The notes below the pieces were generated by a model, which saw only the letters and a list, made by a program, of their open reading frames with translations, made no database searches and had not been told where the DNA came from. Made by a program: the position numbers and the translations under genes. 64,000 bases of DNA from Candidatus Poribacteria bacterium (GTDB lineage Bacteria > Poribacteria > WGA-4E > WGA-3G): positions 3,382,444 to 3,446,443 of the forward strand of contig CBDBPM010000002.1 in NCBI GenBank assembly GCA_965208735.1, given 5' to 3'. Shown here one piece after another: positions 18,432 to 27,020 of this stretch (its first letter is position 1; each line of letters opens with the position of its first letter).

Positions 18432-19292
18432 ATGACGATGATAGATTCAAGTTGGCTGGAATATTGTGCTACGGATGAGCAACTCAAGGCATTCAACGAC
18501 GAAGGCTACCTTATCGTCGAGGATGCTATCAGCCCGGAGATGGTGGATGCGTTAGAGGAGGTTGCTGACCGACTTGATGCTGAGGAGCGCGCCAAAACCG
18601 GACTGGCACCGCACAAATTGATGTCAAAGTTCCGCACCGTCATTGAAGACGATATACTGCTGGAACTGCTTGATAACAAGAAGGTGTTTCCGCTCCTTTG
18701 GGATATTCTTGGATGGAACATCCAACTTTATATTTCACACCTCATCATGTATCCGCCAGAACCGTCCGATACACAGCGGATCCGAAAAGGCGCACATTGG
18801 CATCAGGATGGCGGCAGACCTGTTCCAGAGATGGAACGTCCACACCCTCGGCTTTCATTGAAGGTTAGTTACTGGTTGACCGACGTTACGGACCGAGACA
18901 ACGGCGCAATGCGGATTGTTCCGTGTAGCCACAAACTTGACACCCGTCCGCCAAACGGCGATAACGATCCTGATGGTGATCCTGATGGTGCAATGGATCT
19001 GCTCGTCAAGCGTGGCACGGCAGTGCTTTTTGATCGGCGGATGTGGCATTCACGCGGCTGGAATTTCTCTGATGTAACACGGAAAGTTTTGTTTATGGGG
19101 TATAGTTATCGTTGGTTGCGTGGTTTGGATTACAACCTCATGCCACCGGAACTCCTTGAGAAGTGTGATCCGATTCGGCGGCAACTGCTGGGTGATGGTG
19201 TAGACATTAAAGGTTGGTGGCAACCCACAGATGCGGATGTGCCTCTGAAAACATGGATTGCGGAGCACCGCGGTGAGGAATACTTACGGTAG
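18432..19292 (+). CDS. phytanoyl-CoA dioxygenase (PhyH) family Fe(II)/2-oxoglutarate oxygenase
   Basis: HWHQDG (HxD iron site), GAMRIVPCSHK and a distal MWHSRG. Confidence 0.8.
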   Translation: MTMIDSSWLEYCATDEQLKAFNDEGYLIVEDAISPEMVDALEEVADRLDAEERAKTGLAPHKLMSKFRTVIEDDILLELLDNKKVFPLLWDILGWNIQLYISHLIMYPPEPSDTQRIRKGAHWHQDGGRPVPEMERPHPRLSLKVSYWLTDVTDRDNGAMRIVPCSHKLDTRPPNGDNDPDGDPDGAMDLLVKRGTAVLFDRRMWHSRGWNFSDVTRKVLFMGYSYRWLRGLDYNLMPPELLEKCDPIRRQLLGDGVDIKGWWQPTDADVPLKTWIAEHRGEEYLR

Positions 19293-19320
19293 GTAGCAGA
19301 ACCTTTAGCCAGAGATATTG

Positions 19321-19400
19321 TGTGTAAGTTTCAGGGTCGAACTCTGGGTGTTTTTCTGGTGTTTCTTTCATTTGAGTGTTCTCCATGAGTTCTACCGGGT
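19321..19400 (-). pseudogene. relic fragment duplicating the PIN/partner junction of the adjacent gene
   Basis: Minus-strand translation PVELMENTQMKETPEKHPEFDPETYT compares with PIELMEDIQMKETPEKQLEFDPETYT in the 243-aa gene. TTTTCTGGTGTTTCTTTCATTTGA occurs at both about 19350 and about 19632. Confidence 0.6.
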
Positions 19401-19412
19401 TCCGACTCGTGG

Positions 19413-20144
19413 TTAATCATCATCGTCGGATTTTTCTAGAGGTGCGTGCTTGGATGGATCAAAATACGAGACGTATTTTACTCCATTCCGTTTGTTCTCT
19501 TCCTGTTTTGTTTTTAAATACGCAAAGTATTCGTCTAAAGATTTAAATTTCGCGCTAATTTCCGCTTTAATTCGATAACATTCTTCAAGGATAGGATTCG
19601 TGTAGGTTTCGGGGTCGAATTCCAGTTGCTTTTCTGGTGTTTCTTTCATTTGAATATCCTCCATCAGTTCTATGGGTGTGCAGATAGTTATCGGTTGAAA
19701 TCCTGCTTCTTGGCAAACCTGATTGATATGCTCACGCTTGTATTCATTCACAATATGCTTATGGTTCCATGATACCAAATATTCAACACCGTGTACCGTT
19801 GCGATAGCGATATGTTGTGCGTCAGTCACAGAATTGCGTGGGACTGCACCAGCGTTTAATAGTCTATACGTAAGCACATTTGTCTCTGGTAATATCTCTA
19901 ATACCGTTAGAGCGGATATGATTTCAAGTCGTCGCTGTGCTACGTTCGCATCGCCAAGTCGGACCTCATTGCTAACTATGTCTGAAATAACGAACTCAAA
20001 CCTATCCCCATAGTCCTCCCACAACTGTTGACTTGCTCTTTGCCAAGATGCTAATATTGCATCATCACTCGGACGTGCTACTAAGTGGCTAATAACCGTT
20101 GGCTCAATATAAACTCTCGGCTTGGTTGTTACATAGTTTACCAT
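19413..20144 (-). CDS. PIN-like nuclease domain fused to a small antitoxin-like C-terminal module
   Basis: VYIEPTVISHL, SDIVSNEV and TDAQHIAIATVHGVEYLVSWNHKHI form a PIN-type acidic motif series. The tail PILEECYRIKAEISAKFKSLDEYFAYLK...GVKYVSY resembles small partner proteins that are usually encoded separately. Confidence 0.55.
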   Translation of the reverse strand: MVNYVTTKPRVYIEPTVISHLVARPSDDAILASWQRASQQLWEDYGDRFEFVISDIVSNEVRLGDANVAQRRLEIISALTVLEILPETNVLTYRLLNAGAVPRNSVTDAQHIAIATVHGVEYLVSWNHKHIVNEYKREHINQVCQEAGFQPITICTPIELMEDIQMKETPEKQLEFDPETYTNPILEECYRIKAEISAKFKSLDEYFAYLKTKQEENKRNGVKYVSYFDPSKHAPLEKSDDDD

Positions 20145-20299
20145 GAAATGTTGTTGCTTTCAAATCAAGTTTCCAGCGTAAGGTTTTAACAAAAAATCAG
20201 CGAATTCAAAAAACAAAAGGGTGAAAGAGTCGGAGGAAAGAAATTGCGAAAAGGTTATGCTTCCATCCTTCCACTCCCCTATCCAAAATTAAGATCGCA

Positions 20300-21367
20300 T
20301 CACGCCAAAGTATCTTCTCCATCTGTCAACCACGCCAGATCGAATTTCGCGAGCGACAGTGTCTCGTAAGCACCATTCTCACCGCGCTCATAGAGGCAAC
20401 ATATATTCATATCTGAGTCAATACAGAGATCGGAATACGCCGCGGGACCGGCGTGCAAGACTTTGCCACTGCTCCAACTTTGACACTCATCATAACTGAT
20501 GCGAATTGTCAGCCGTTCGCGACTTGTACTGGCGGGGTTGGAGAACAGGATGCGATTTTTGTCGTGTTGGTTGGCATCCGTATACCGCACCATACTCGCC
20601 TGACAGATCGGTTCGATAAGGTTTTCCTCGTAACCGAATTCCGTAAATGTATCGCCGCTGTCGCTGCTTCGCGCATAAGCACGCCGTTTTGGTGCGACAT
20701 AGTTCCGGCAGTTAAAATAGAGTCCGCCATCTACCGTCTCAACAACAACCGATTCATTGGTTCCGGGTTGTGCTTTGCCAGCCATCCGCCATGTCTCACC
20801 GTGGTCGTCGCTGACAATTAGATGTGAATAGCCGTATTGGGCATAGTCCCGTTCGTTCCCCAGCACATGGTCACAGGGAATCACCAATCTACCGTTTGCT
20901 GTCTGAATTCCGTGGCAGGGACCTGTTGCATACCACGTCCACGCTTCGTCTTTTGTTGTGGCTGTGATTTCTCTCGGTTCAGACCAAGTTTCACCGTCGT
21001 CGGTGCTGGAAGTTACCCAGACAGTGCGTGGTGCTTCACCCGCAACAATCTTTCCCTCTGCGCCATCAGCGAGATTCTTGCAGAAAAGGAGCCAGATGGT
21101 ACCTGAATCGCGATCGACGACCGGCGCAGGATTGCCATCCGTATCGGTGCCTGTGGAGACAGCGACTTGCATCGGTTGCCAACTCTCACCGTTGTCAAAA
21201 CTCCGTTTCAGTACAATGTCGATATCCCCGGAGTCTCCACCACCACCCCGCCTGCCTTCACAGAACGCCAACAGTGTTCCTTCGTTTGACCGGACGAGCG
21301 CAGGTATTCGGAATGTATGGTACCCCTCCGTTCCTGCCCTAAAAAGAGGACTCTCTGTCTTGTGCAT
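20300..21367 (-). CDS. exo-alpha-sialidase (GH33, BNR repeat), no signal peptide
   Basis: FRIP motif (YHTFRIPALV). Asp-boxes SFDNGESW, STDDGETW, SDDHGETW, SSDSGDTF. Confidence 0.8.
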   Translation of the reverse strand: MHKTESPLFRAGTEGYHTFRIPALVRSNEGTLLAFCEGRRGGGGDSGDIDIVLKRSFDNGESWQPMQVAVSTGTDTDGNPAPVVDRDSGTIWLLFCKNLADGAEGKIVAGEAPRTVWVTSSTDDGETWSEPREITATTKDEAWTWYATGPCHGIQTANGRLVIPCDHVLGNERDYAQYGYSHLIVSDDHGETWRMAGKAQPGTNESVVVETVDGGLYFNCRNYVAPKRRAYARSSDSGDTFTEFGYEENLIEPICQASMVRYTDANQHDKNRILFSNPASTSRERLTIRISYDECQSWSSGKVLHAGPAAYSDLCIDSDMNICCLYERGENGAYETLSLAKFDLAWLTDGEDTLA

Positions 21368-21387
21368 ATTTATACCTTTCCGTGGAT

Positions 21388-21529
21388 AGGGACGGATGTT
21401 ATACCATTTGCAAATAATGTTGTCGCATTACCGCATGTTATGAAATACGTTGGCATACGGGAACACAGACTAACAGTCTATGCTACATAAGAGGCAAATA
21501 AAATCAGAAATGGTATTACAACCGTCCCT
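21388..21529. repeat. 22-bp inverted repeat pair flanking a ~98-nt spacer
   Basis: AGGGACGGATGTTATACCATTT (21388-21409) versus AAATGGTATTACAACCGTCCCT (21508-21529). 20 of 22 positions are complementary. Confidence 0.6.
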
Positions 21530-21538
21530 CGATGCTTG

Positions 21539-22258
21539 TTACTTGGCGCGTTTAATCCGTGCCCAAGTCGTCGCCAGTTTTCCAGTTGGCTGGACAGGTG
21601 CCGGATCATCCATTACAAACTCATCGGGTTCTTTCTGATGGTCTGAGAGCCGCAGTCCATCAACGACGCAATTCGTTGGGAACTTGGGATCCGGTGGAGA
21701 AGCATTGTTGACTTCAAAGGTTTCCGCGAACACAGTAGGTCCCTTGTCGAAATCAGCTTCACCTTCAAGTCTGCCATCTAAGTAGAGTTTCAAACCGTCG
21801 GGTCCCCATGTCCCTGCCATGTGGTGGTGCTCACCCTTTGTCCAGTTGAGTGCCTCGCTATTGGCGTTATGCCATGACCCCGCGCTTTTAATCCGCATTT
21901 GTGCGATTCCGCCGTTGTTAAACTGAAGAAATATCGCATCGGTGCCGCGTTTGTAAGTCATGAACACGAAAAGTTCACCTGTAACTTCATTGGCATCGAA
22001 CCCCATCGTTACCCATAACTCAACGGTGCCTTCATCGAGGTTAACGAAGCGATCTTCGACAGGAAAGTGGATAACATCGCCAACCTCTTTGCTGACAAAA
22101 CCGTTGCCAAATTTACCGGGTTCAAAACTCCCGCTATCAACGGTGCCGCCTTCTTTTTCGACTTCCGCTTTGCTCTCAAGTGCAGAAAAGAAGGTTTCCT
22201 CTGCAGTAGCGACTGAGACGCAAAGCAGCATAATCGTCAATAAACATAAAATTTTCAT
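21539..22258 (-). CDS. secreted LamG/concanavalin A-like domain protein (paralog 3)
   Basis: Signal peptide MKILCLLTIMLLCVSVATA from ATG 22258 with a GGAG RBS. GEHHHMAGTWGPDGLKLYLDGRLEG. C-terminal tag is KLATTWARIKRAK. Confidence 0.65.
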   Translation of the reverse strand: MKILCLLTIMLLCVSVATAEETFFSALESKAEVEKEGGTVDSGSFEPGKFGNGFVSKEVGDVIHFPVEDRFVNLDEGTVELWVTMGFDANEVTGELFVFMTYKRGTDAIFLQFNNGGIAQMRIKSAGSWHNANSEALNWTKGEHHHMAGTWGPDGLKLYLDGRLEGEADFDKGPTVFAETFEVNNASPPDPKFPTNCVVDGLRLSDHQKEPDEFVMDDPAPVQPTGKLATTWARIKRAK

Positions 22259-22413
22259 AAAAAATTCTCCTATTTCTGTTAGATTTGTTGGTATGAGCAT
22301 TTGCCCACCCTATAGGCTATGAACCAAACGATTTAACGTGAATTTAATATTGGATGTTGACAACACTATTACTATTTTTTAGTAAGACGAATAAATGTTG
22401 GTTTTCGATTATT

Positions 22414-23211
22414 TTAATTAGGTTTTGTACACAAGGCATATACATAAGGGGAGGTCAACTGTTGGTTTGGCACCCGAAGTGCTGTTAATAGGTTACCAAC
22501 AACAATATCTGTCAGATTGATACACTTACAGAGCACCTCGTGTCCCCATTTGCCGATGACTGCCCGCCACGGCGAATAATCGACGACGCTCAGCTTCAAG
22601 GGACCGCCTGTGTACCCATATTCTGTAACGTGAAATCCGGTTTCTCGCAACACTGTAGCAAGCTTTACCGGTGGAATTACCTTGTGTGTCGCCAAGAGTT
22701 TCGGACTCGCGACGCGCGCGATCGGTGTATACATACCACGCAGATTCGGTGTTACCGTGAGCATTGTTCCACCGGGTTTAAGGAGACTGTACATCTCTTC
22801 CAAGATCGCGTGCGGCGTGCTGAAATGCTCAATCAGTCCCATTGAGTAAACAAAGTCAAAAGTTGCGCGATGCGCTTTGGCAAACGCAAACACATCTTCA
22901 CGAATGATTGTCCCTTCGGTCCCTGCGAGGCTAAGGTTGCGTTGTGCGAGTTGACACCCCAGTTCTGAAAAATCAACGCCATAAGCGTCGCTGTTATAGT
23001 TTTTAGCAAGGTAGGGCAGCCACAGCGAATCGGCGCATCCCAGCTCAACCAGCGTTGGATGTTTAAAGCTTGTGAGCGCGCGATGGAACAGTTTGGCGAG
23101 TTGACGATTTGCCACGTACGCCCACCGTAAGTGGCGGACCTTGTGCTGCTGCGCGTCCCAGAGTGTTGTCCAATAGGATTCGTCCGTCAGCGGTTTAACT
23201 TGCGAACGCAT
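22414..23211 (-). CDS. class I SAM-dependent methyltransferase
   Basis: LVELGCADSLW (motif I) and LKPGGTMLTVTPN. ATG 23211 lies 1 nt after the upstream stop, with a GGAGG RBS inside the upstream gene. Confidence 0.75.
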   Translation of the reverse strand: MRSQVKPLTDESYWTTLWDAQQHKVRHLRWAYVANRQLAKLFHRALTSFKHPTLVELGCADSLWLPYLAKNYNSDAYGVDFSELGCQLAQRNLSLAGTEGTIIREDVFAFAKAHRATFDFVYSMGLIEHFSTPHAILEEMYSLLKPGGTMLTVTPNLRGMYTPIARVASPKLLATHKVIPPVKLATVLRETGFHVTEYGYTGGPLKLSVVDYSPWRAVIGKWGHEVLCKCINLTDIVVGNLLTALRVPNQQLTSPYVYALCTKPN

Positions 23212-23212
23212 G

Positions 23213-24679
23213 CTAATTTTCCTCCGAGAGAACCGCATCGTGTTCCAAAATGGGGCAGAGGTCACAGAGCTGATCAACACAATAGTTCTTGTAAAGGCGG
23301 ATGAAGCCTTGCTCAATTCTGGCGGTCGGTTTCAAATGTCGCATCTGCTGCGCCTCCGTGAAAATCTGTTCGTCAACTTTACGGATAATCTTGTTCCCTG
23401 TTGATTTAGAACCGACACTATAGAGTCGTAGAACTGCCTCTTGCAGTTGCTGACTTCCGGCTTCGACCGACCAAATATAAGCAACTGGTAAGATTTTATT
23501 TACAATGATGTCCACAGCCCGATTATTGCCAATCAGTCCAGCTTTGCTGCTGTTAGTCCCAAAGTTAGAATGCGTTTCCCAATAGCCGGTGGGTTCAAGG
23601 GTCAGCAGTGCGCGGAGTTCTTTTTCTATAGTTCGCAGCGACTTTAGTGTATCCGCTATTGCGGCTTTTTCACATGTTGGCAGAAAGTACATCATCAGGC
23701 TGCCTTGACACTGATGAATTAACTGGCTCATCGCCGCGATGCGTCGGGTGGGATGATTGAAAGGTCTCCCTGTAAAACTCCAACGTGCCTCTGTCATACG
23801 TGGCGGAAGTTCCGCGTATGCCGAAGTGCTCCATAATTTTTCTAAGGCGACAATGCTCGGATCGTCTGTCACTTTTGGTGATAGCGGTTTCTCGCGTTGT
23901 GATGGCAAAAGACCGGCGACCCCGAAAAGCATCGCTTGGATCTCTAACTCCGATTTCTGATCGAAGTCGACAAAAGGGACATGCTGCGCCAACTCGCGCA
24001 ACGCCTTACTATTGCGTTCATACCCCAGTGCCTCCATAATACCTTCATAGAGGAGTTGCTCGAAATCGAGGCGTGTCCTTAACAGGCGCATTGACTCCGT
24101 CTTTTCTAAAAACCGTTCGCGTCCGAGCGATTCAAAAACGCCTTTCAAGGCTTCTATATTCAGCTGCTTTCCAGTTATCCGACACAAGCCATCGGTTGTT
24201 GTGTTTTTGGTGTCGTCGTATAGATCCCCTGTATCTACAGCGACCCATTTCAGCAGTTCTACGGTTGGAATACGTTTTCCATTCTGAAGCCGCGTCCGTA
24301 GATTGAAGTCGTCATTAAAAAGGACCGCATGCACAATAACACGGTTGTATCTGGAATTGAGATGATGCTTATGGGCGTACCACTCTGAAGATCGGACATG
24401 AATTTCGACATCACCGATATGAAGTTTACCATCAATCTCAATTTCGGCGTGCATAAAATCGGGACCCTCATTATGGTTCCAGATACCAGGCTTTAGCACA
24501 CGAATTGCCCGTCGATCAATCGCCTTCATGTTGGTATCAAAAAAGTGCTGCTCCTGCCACCATTTTTGGACTAATGCCTCGTCGATTTTATCCAAGTCTG
24601 GTTTATAGGTCTCGTCAATCTCTCTGAACAGTTTAGCGGCATATTGAATGTTAGTTATATCGTTTATATCTGCTTTCAT
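23213..24679 (-). CDS. DUF2851-like protein
   Basis: IGDVEIHVRSSEWYAHKHHLNSRYNRVIVHAVL matches the conserved core I recall for DUF2851 (GDVEIH..SdW..H.H..d..Y..ViLHVV). Confidence 0.5.
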   Translation of the reverse strand: MKADINDITNIQYAAKLFREIDETYKPDLDKIDEALVQKWWQEQHFFDTNMKAIDRRAIRVLKPGIWNHNEGPDFMHAEIEIDGKLHIGDVEIHVRSSEWYAHKHHLNSRYNRVIVHAVLFNDDFNLRTRLQNGKRIPTVELLKWVAVDTGDLYDDTKNTTTDGLCRITGKQLNIEALKGVFESLGRERFLEKTESMRLLRTRLDFEQLLYEGIMEALGYERNSKALRELAQHVPFVDFDQKSELEIQAMLFGVAGLLPSQREKPLSPKVTDDPSIVALEKLWSTSAYAELPPRMTEARWSFTGRPFNHPTRRIAAMSQLIHQCQGSLMMYFLPTCEKAAIADTLKSLRTIEKELRALLTLEPTGYWETHSNFGTNSSKAGLIGNNRAVDIIVNKILPVAYIWSVEAGSQQLQEAVLRLYSVGSKSTGNKIIRKVDEQIFTEAQQMRHLKPTARIEQGFIRLYKNYCVDQLCDLCPILEHDAVLSEEN

Positions 24680-24688
24680 CTGATTGGT

Positions 24689-25318
24689 TTATTTTGCTCC
24701 GTGAATTTCGTTCAGCAGTGCCTGTGTTGCAACAGTCGGTTCGGGATGTGCACAAACAGCGGAAATTACAGCGATACCGTGTGCCCCTGCCCGAATTACG
24801 TCCGCAGCGGTCTGAACAGTAATGCCGCCGATCGCGATAACTGGGCAAGCTGCGATGTCGCACATTCGGCGAAGTCGTTCTAAACCTTTCGCTGCTTCAG
24901 CGTCCGTTTTTGAAGAGGTACCGTAGATGGGACCAAATCCGATATAGTCGGCACCTTCGGAAATCGCTGCAAGTATTTTCTCTTCAGTTCGCGCAGATGC
25001 CCCAATGATGGCTTTTGTAGAGAGAATTTGCCGCCCGATAGAAACAGGCATGTCGTCTTGTCCGAAATGCGCACCCATCGCATCGACAGCGAGTGCGATA
25101 TCAGCTCTGTCGTTTACAATCAACGGCATTTCGTGCTGCTCACATACCGCCTGCATGCTCTGTGCCGTTGTTATCAATTCGCGCGTCGTTCCGTGCTTTT
25201 GGCGGAATTGCACTGTGTCCGCACCTCCCACGATTGCGAGTTCCGCCAGTTCCGAGTGCGTGAATCGGGATTGCAGCGTCGTATCCGTAATAATGTGTAA
25301 CACGCCGATTTTTTTCAT
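24689..25318 (-). CDS. thiE: thiamine-phosphate synthase
   Basis: 209 aa. LHIITD...GADTVQFRQKH...GASARTEEKILAA...ADYIGFGPIYGTSSK...PVIAIGGI is typical ThiE. Confidence 0.85.
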   Translation of the reverse strand: MKKIGVLHIITDTTLQSRFTHSELAELAIVGGADTVQFRQKHGTTRELITTAQSMQAVCEQHEMPLIVNDRADIALAVDAMGAHFGQDDMPVSIGRQILSTKAIIGASARTEEKILAAISEGADYIGFGPIYGTSSKTDAEAAKGLERLRRMCDIAACPVIAIGGITVQTAADVIRAGAHGIAVISAVCAHPEPTVATQALLNEIHGAK

Positions 25319-25350
25319 ATTGGCATTCTGTCCAAAGTGTGATAAATTAT

Positions 25351-25473
25351 AGTTACCAGTTCTCGGCTGTTAGTTTTCAGTTAAGAGACCACTTGTAGCG
25401 GGTACGAACTTTGCTATTACCATAAATGTGTAACTGACAACTGATGACTGATAACCGACAACTCTTAATTCAG
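25351..25473. repeat. intergenic palindromic element, copy C
   Basis: GTTACCAGTTCTCGGCTGTTAGTTTTCAGTTAAGAG...TAACTGACAACTGATGACTGATAACCGACAACTCTTAATTCAG. Confidence 0.65.
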
Positions 25474-25497
25474 TATATCACATATAGGAGATACTTT

Positions 25498-26133
25498 GTG
25501 AATAATTTGTTGTTTCAGTCTGGAGATAAAGTGCTTTTTATTGGGGATAGTATTACGGATTGCGGACGGCGAGATGCACACGCCCCCTTCGGACACGGCT
25601 ACGTCCGAAAAATAACTGAACTCATCACTGCTAAATACCCCGAACGCGATATTGCCTATGTCAACAAAGGCATTGGTGGAGATATTGTTGAAGGTTTAGA
25701 GAATCGGTGGGACACCGATGTGATTGCCGAAGAACCGAAATGGCTCTCGGTGAAAATTGGTATTAACAATGCCAGTCGCCAGCATGGCGCAGGCGTTTCG
25801 TCAGAAGAGTATCTGCCGGTTTGGGAGGCGTGCTATCGACGGATTCTCACGCGCGCAAAAACCGAGTTAGACGCGTCTCTTTTTCTATTTGAAATTTTTT
25901 ATATTGAAGAAGATGTTGAAGAGCCACGTCCGTTGGACGTAGATGCTTACAATGAAAGCATTCATAGGCTCGCGGCGGAGTTTGACGCAAGACTAATTCC
26001 CACAAATGCCGCTTTTGATAACGCAGTCGCTGCCCGTCCCGGAGCACTCTGGACAACCCAGGACGGTGTTCATCCAAATGCGGAGGGGCATACCTTGATG
26101 ACGTTGGAATTCCTTAAGCAGACAGAGTGGTAA
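25498..26133 (+). CDS. SGNH/GDSL hydrolase
   Basis: FIGDSITDCG (block I), GINN and DGVHPN (block V). GTG 25498 with AGGAG 7 nt upstream is preferred over ATG 25444, which lies inside the repeat element. Confidence 0.8.
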   Translation: MNNLLFQSGDKVLFIGDSITDCGRRDAHAPFGHGYVRKITELITAKYPERDIAYVNKGIGGDIVEGLENRWDTDVIAEEPKWLSVKIGINNASRQHGAGVSSEEYLPVWEACYRRILTRAKTELDASLFLFEIFYIEEDVEEPRPLDVDAYNESIHRLAAEFDARLIPTNAAFDNAVAARPGALWTTQDGVHPNAEGHTLMTLEFLKQTEW

Positions 26134-26155
26134 ACTATCCTCGTGTAATTCAGTG

Positions 26156-27019
26156 TTACTGGGGGTGAACGCTCTCACTCTGACGTTTCAACGCTTCAAT
26201 GAATGCCTGCTCGTGGTGTTTATTATATTCGGAGGCGAGTTGCTGGGCACCCGTTCGGTTCCCCCAGTAAAATTGCCACCCAACGAGAGATATACCGGCA
26301 CAGTCGATATATCGACGGTCACGAATAGCATCTACAGCAAGATAGATGAACGTTCCACTCAATGCTGCCGCGAGAACGCCCTCTTTCACTTTGCCCACGT
26401 AAAGCTGCCCACTCCCAGGAACAACTGTAGAAAGCCAACCTGCCACTTGTGGTAATTTGGACGGCAGAGGTGTCTCCGCCAGTAGTGTGTCCGCCAATTC
26501 GCTCGCTTTTTTCCGCCGGAATACACCCATCTCGGATGTGTTTACTTGTCGCAGTTCTGAGATCGCCTTGTTCCAATCGGTCGTATGAATGTAGCACCAA
26601 CCGCGTAAGTAGTGTGCTGCAGCCACGACTTCTGGCTCCGTGCTGGCGTGTAAGAGCTCAAAGAGGCTACTTCGCGCCTGTGAATACTTCCCCGCATCAA
26701 AATGCAGCTGCCCAAGCATCAATTGACTCTGAAACCGCAAAGGCGAATTCGGATGAATGGCTGAAAACCTACGAAACAACTCTTCAGCACGTGTAGCATC
26801 ATTCTGATAATAATAAGTCTGTGCGATCCGATAGTTCGCTATATCTCTGAACTCCGTATCAGGCTCGTAGAACAACAGCCGTTTATACGCAAGCCGTGCC
26901 GCTTGGTAATCACCCGATTCAAAAAGTTGCTCTGCGTAACAATATTGCGGATCTGTTACTTCAGGGGTGCCGCTCGTTGTAAAGGCTATGATAGAGATTA
27001 ATAGATACGTCGTTGGCAT
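26156..27019 (-). CDS. TPR (BamD/YbgF-like) protein with C-terminal PGSGQ-Y membrane module (paralog B)
   Basis: TPR units, then LSTVVPGSGQLYVGKVKEGVLAAALSGTFIYLAV as hydrophobic helices. Confidence 0.65.
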   Translation of the reverse strand: MPTTYLLISIIAFTTSGTPEVTDPQYCYAEQLFESGDYQAARLAYKRLLFYEPDTEFRDIANYRIAQTYYYQNDATRAEELFRRFSAIHPNSPLRFQSQLMLGQLHFDAGKYSQARSSLFELLHASTEPEVVAAAHYLRGWCYIHTTDWNKAISELRQVNTSEMGVFRRKKASELADTLLAETPLPSKLPQVAGWLSTVVPGSGQLYVGKVKEGVLAAALSGTFIYLAVDAIRDRRYIDCAGISLVGWQFYWGNRTGAQQLASEYNKHHEQAFIEALKRQSESVHPQ

Positions 27020-27020
27020 G

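Noticed and set aside
25319-25443. A TPP (THI-box) riboswitch is expected upstream of thiE.
   Set aside because: Neither the CUGAGA box nor the ACCUGAUCUGGAUAAUGCCAGCG-like core is visible on the minus strand. The region is largely occupied by repeat copy C. An Infernal scan is still needed to be sure.
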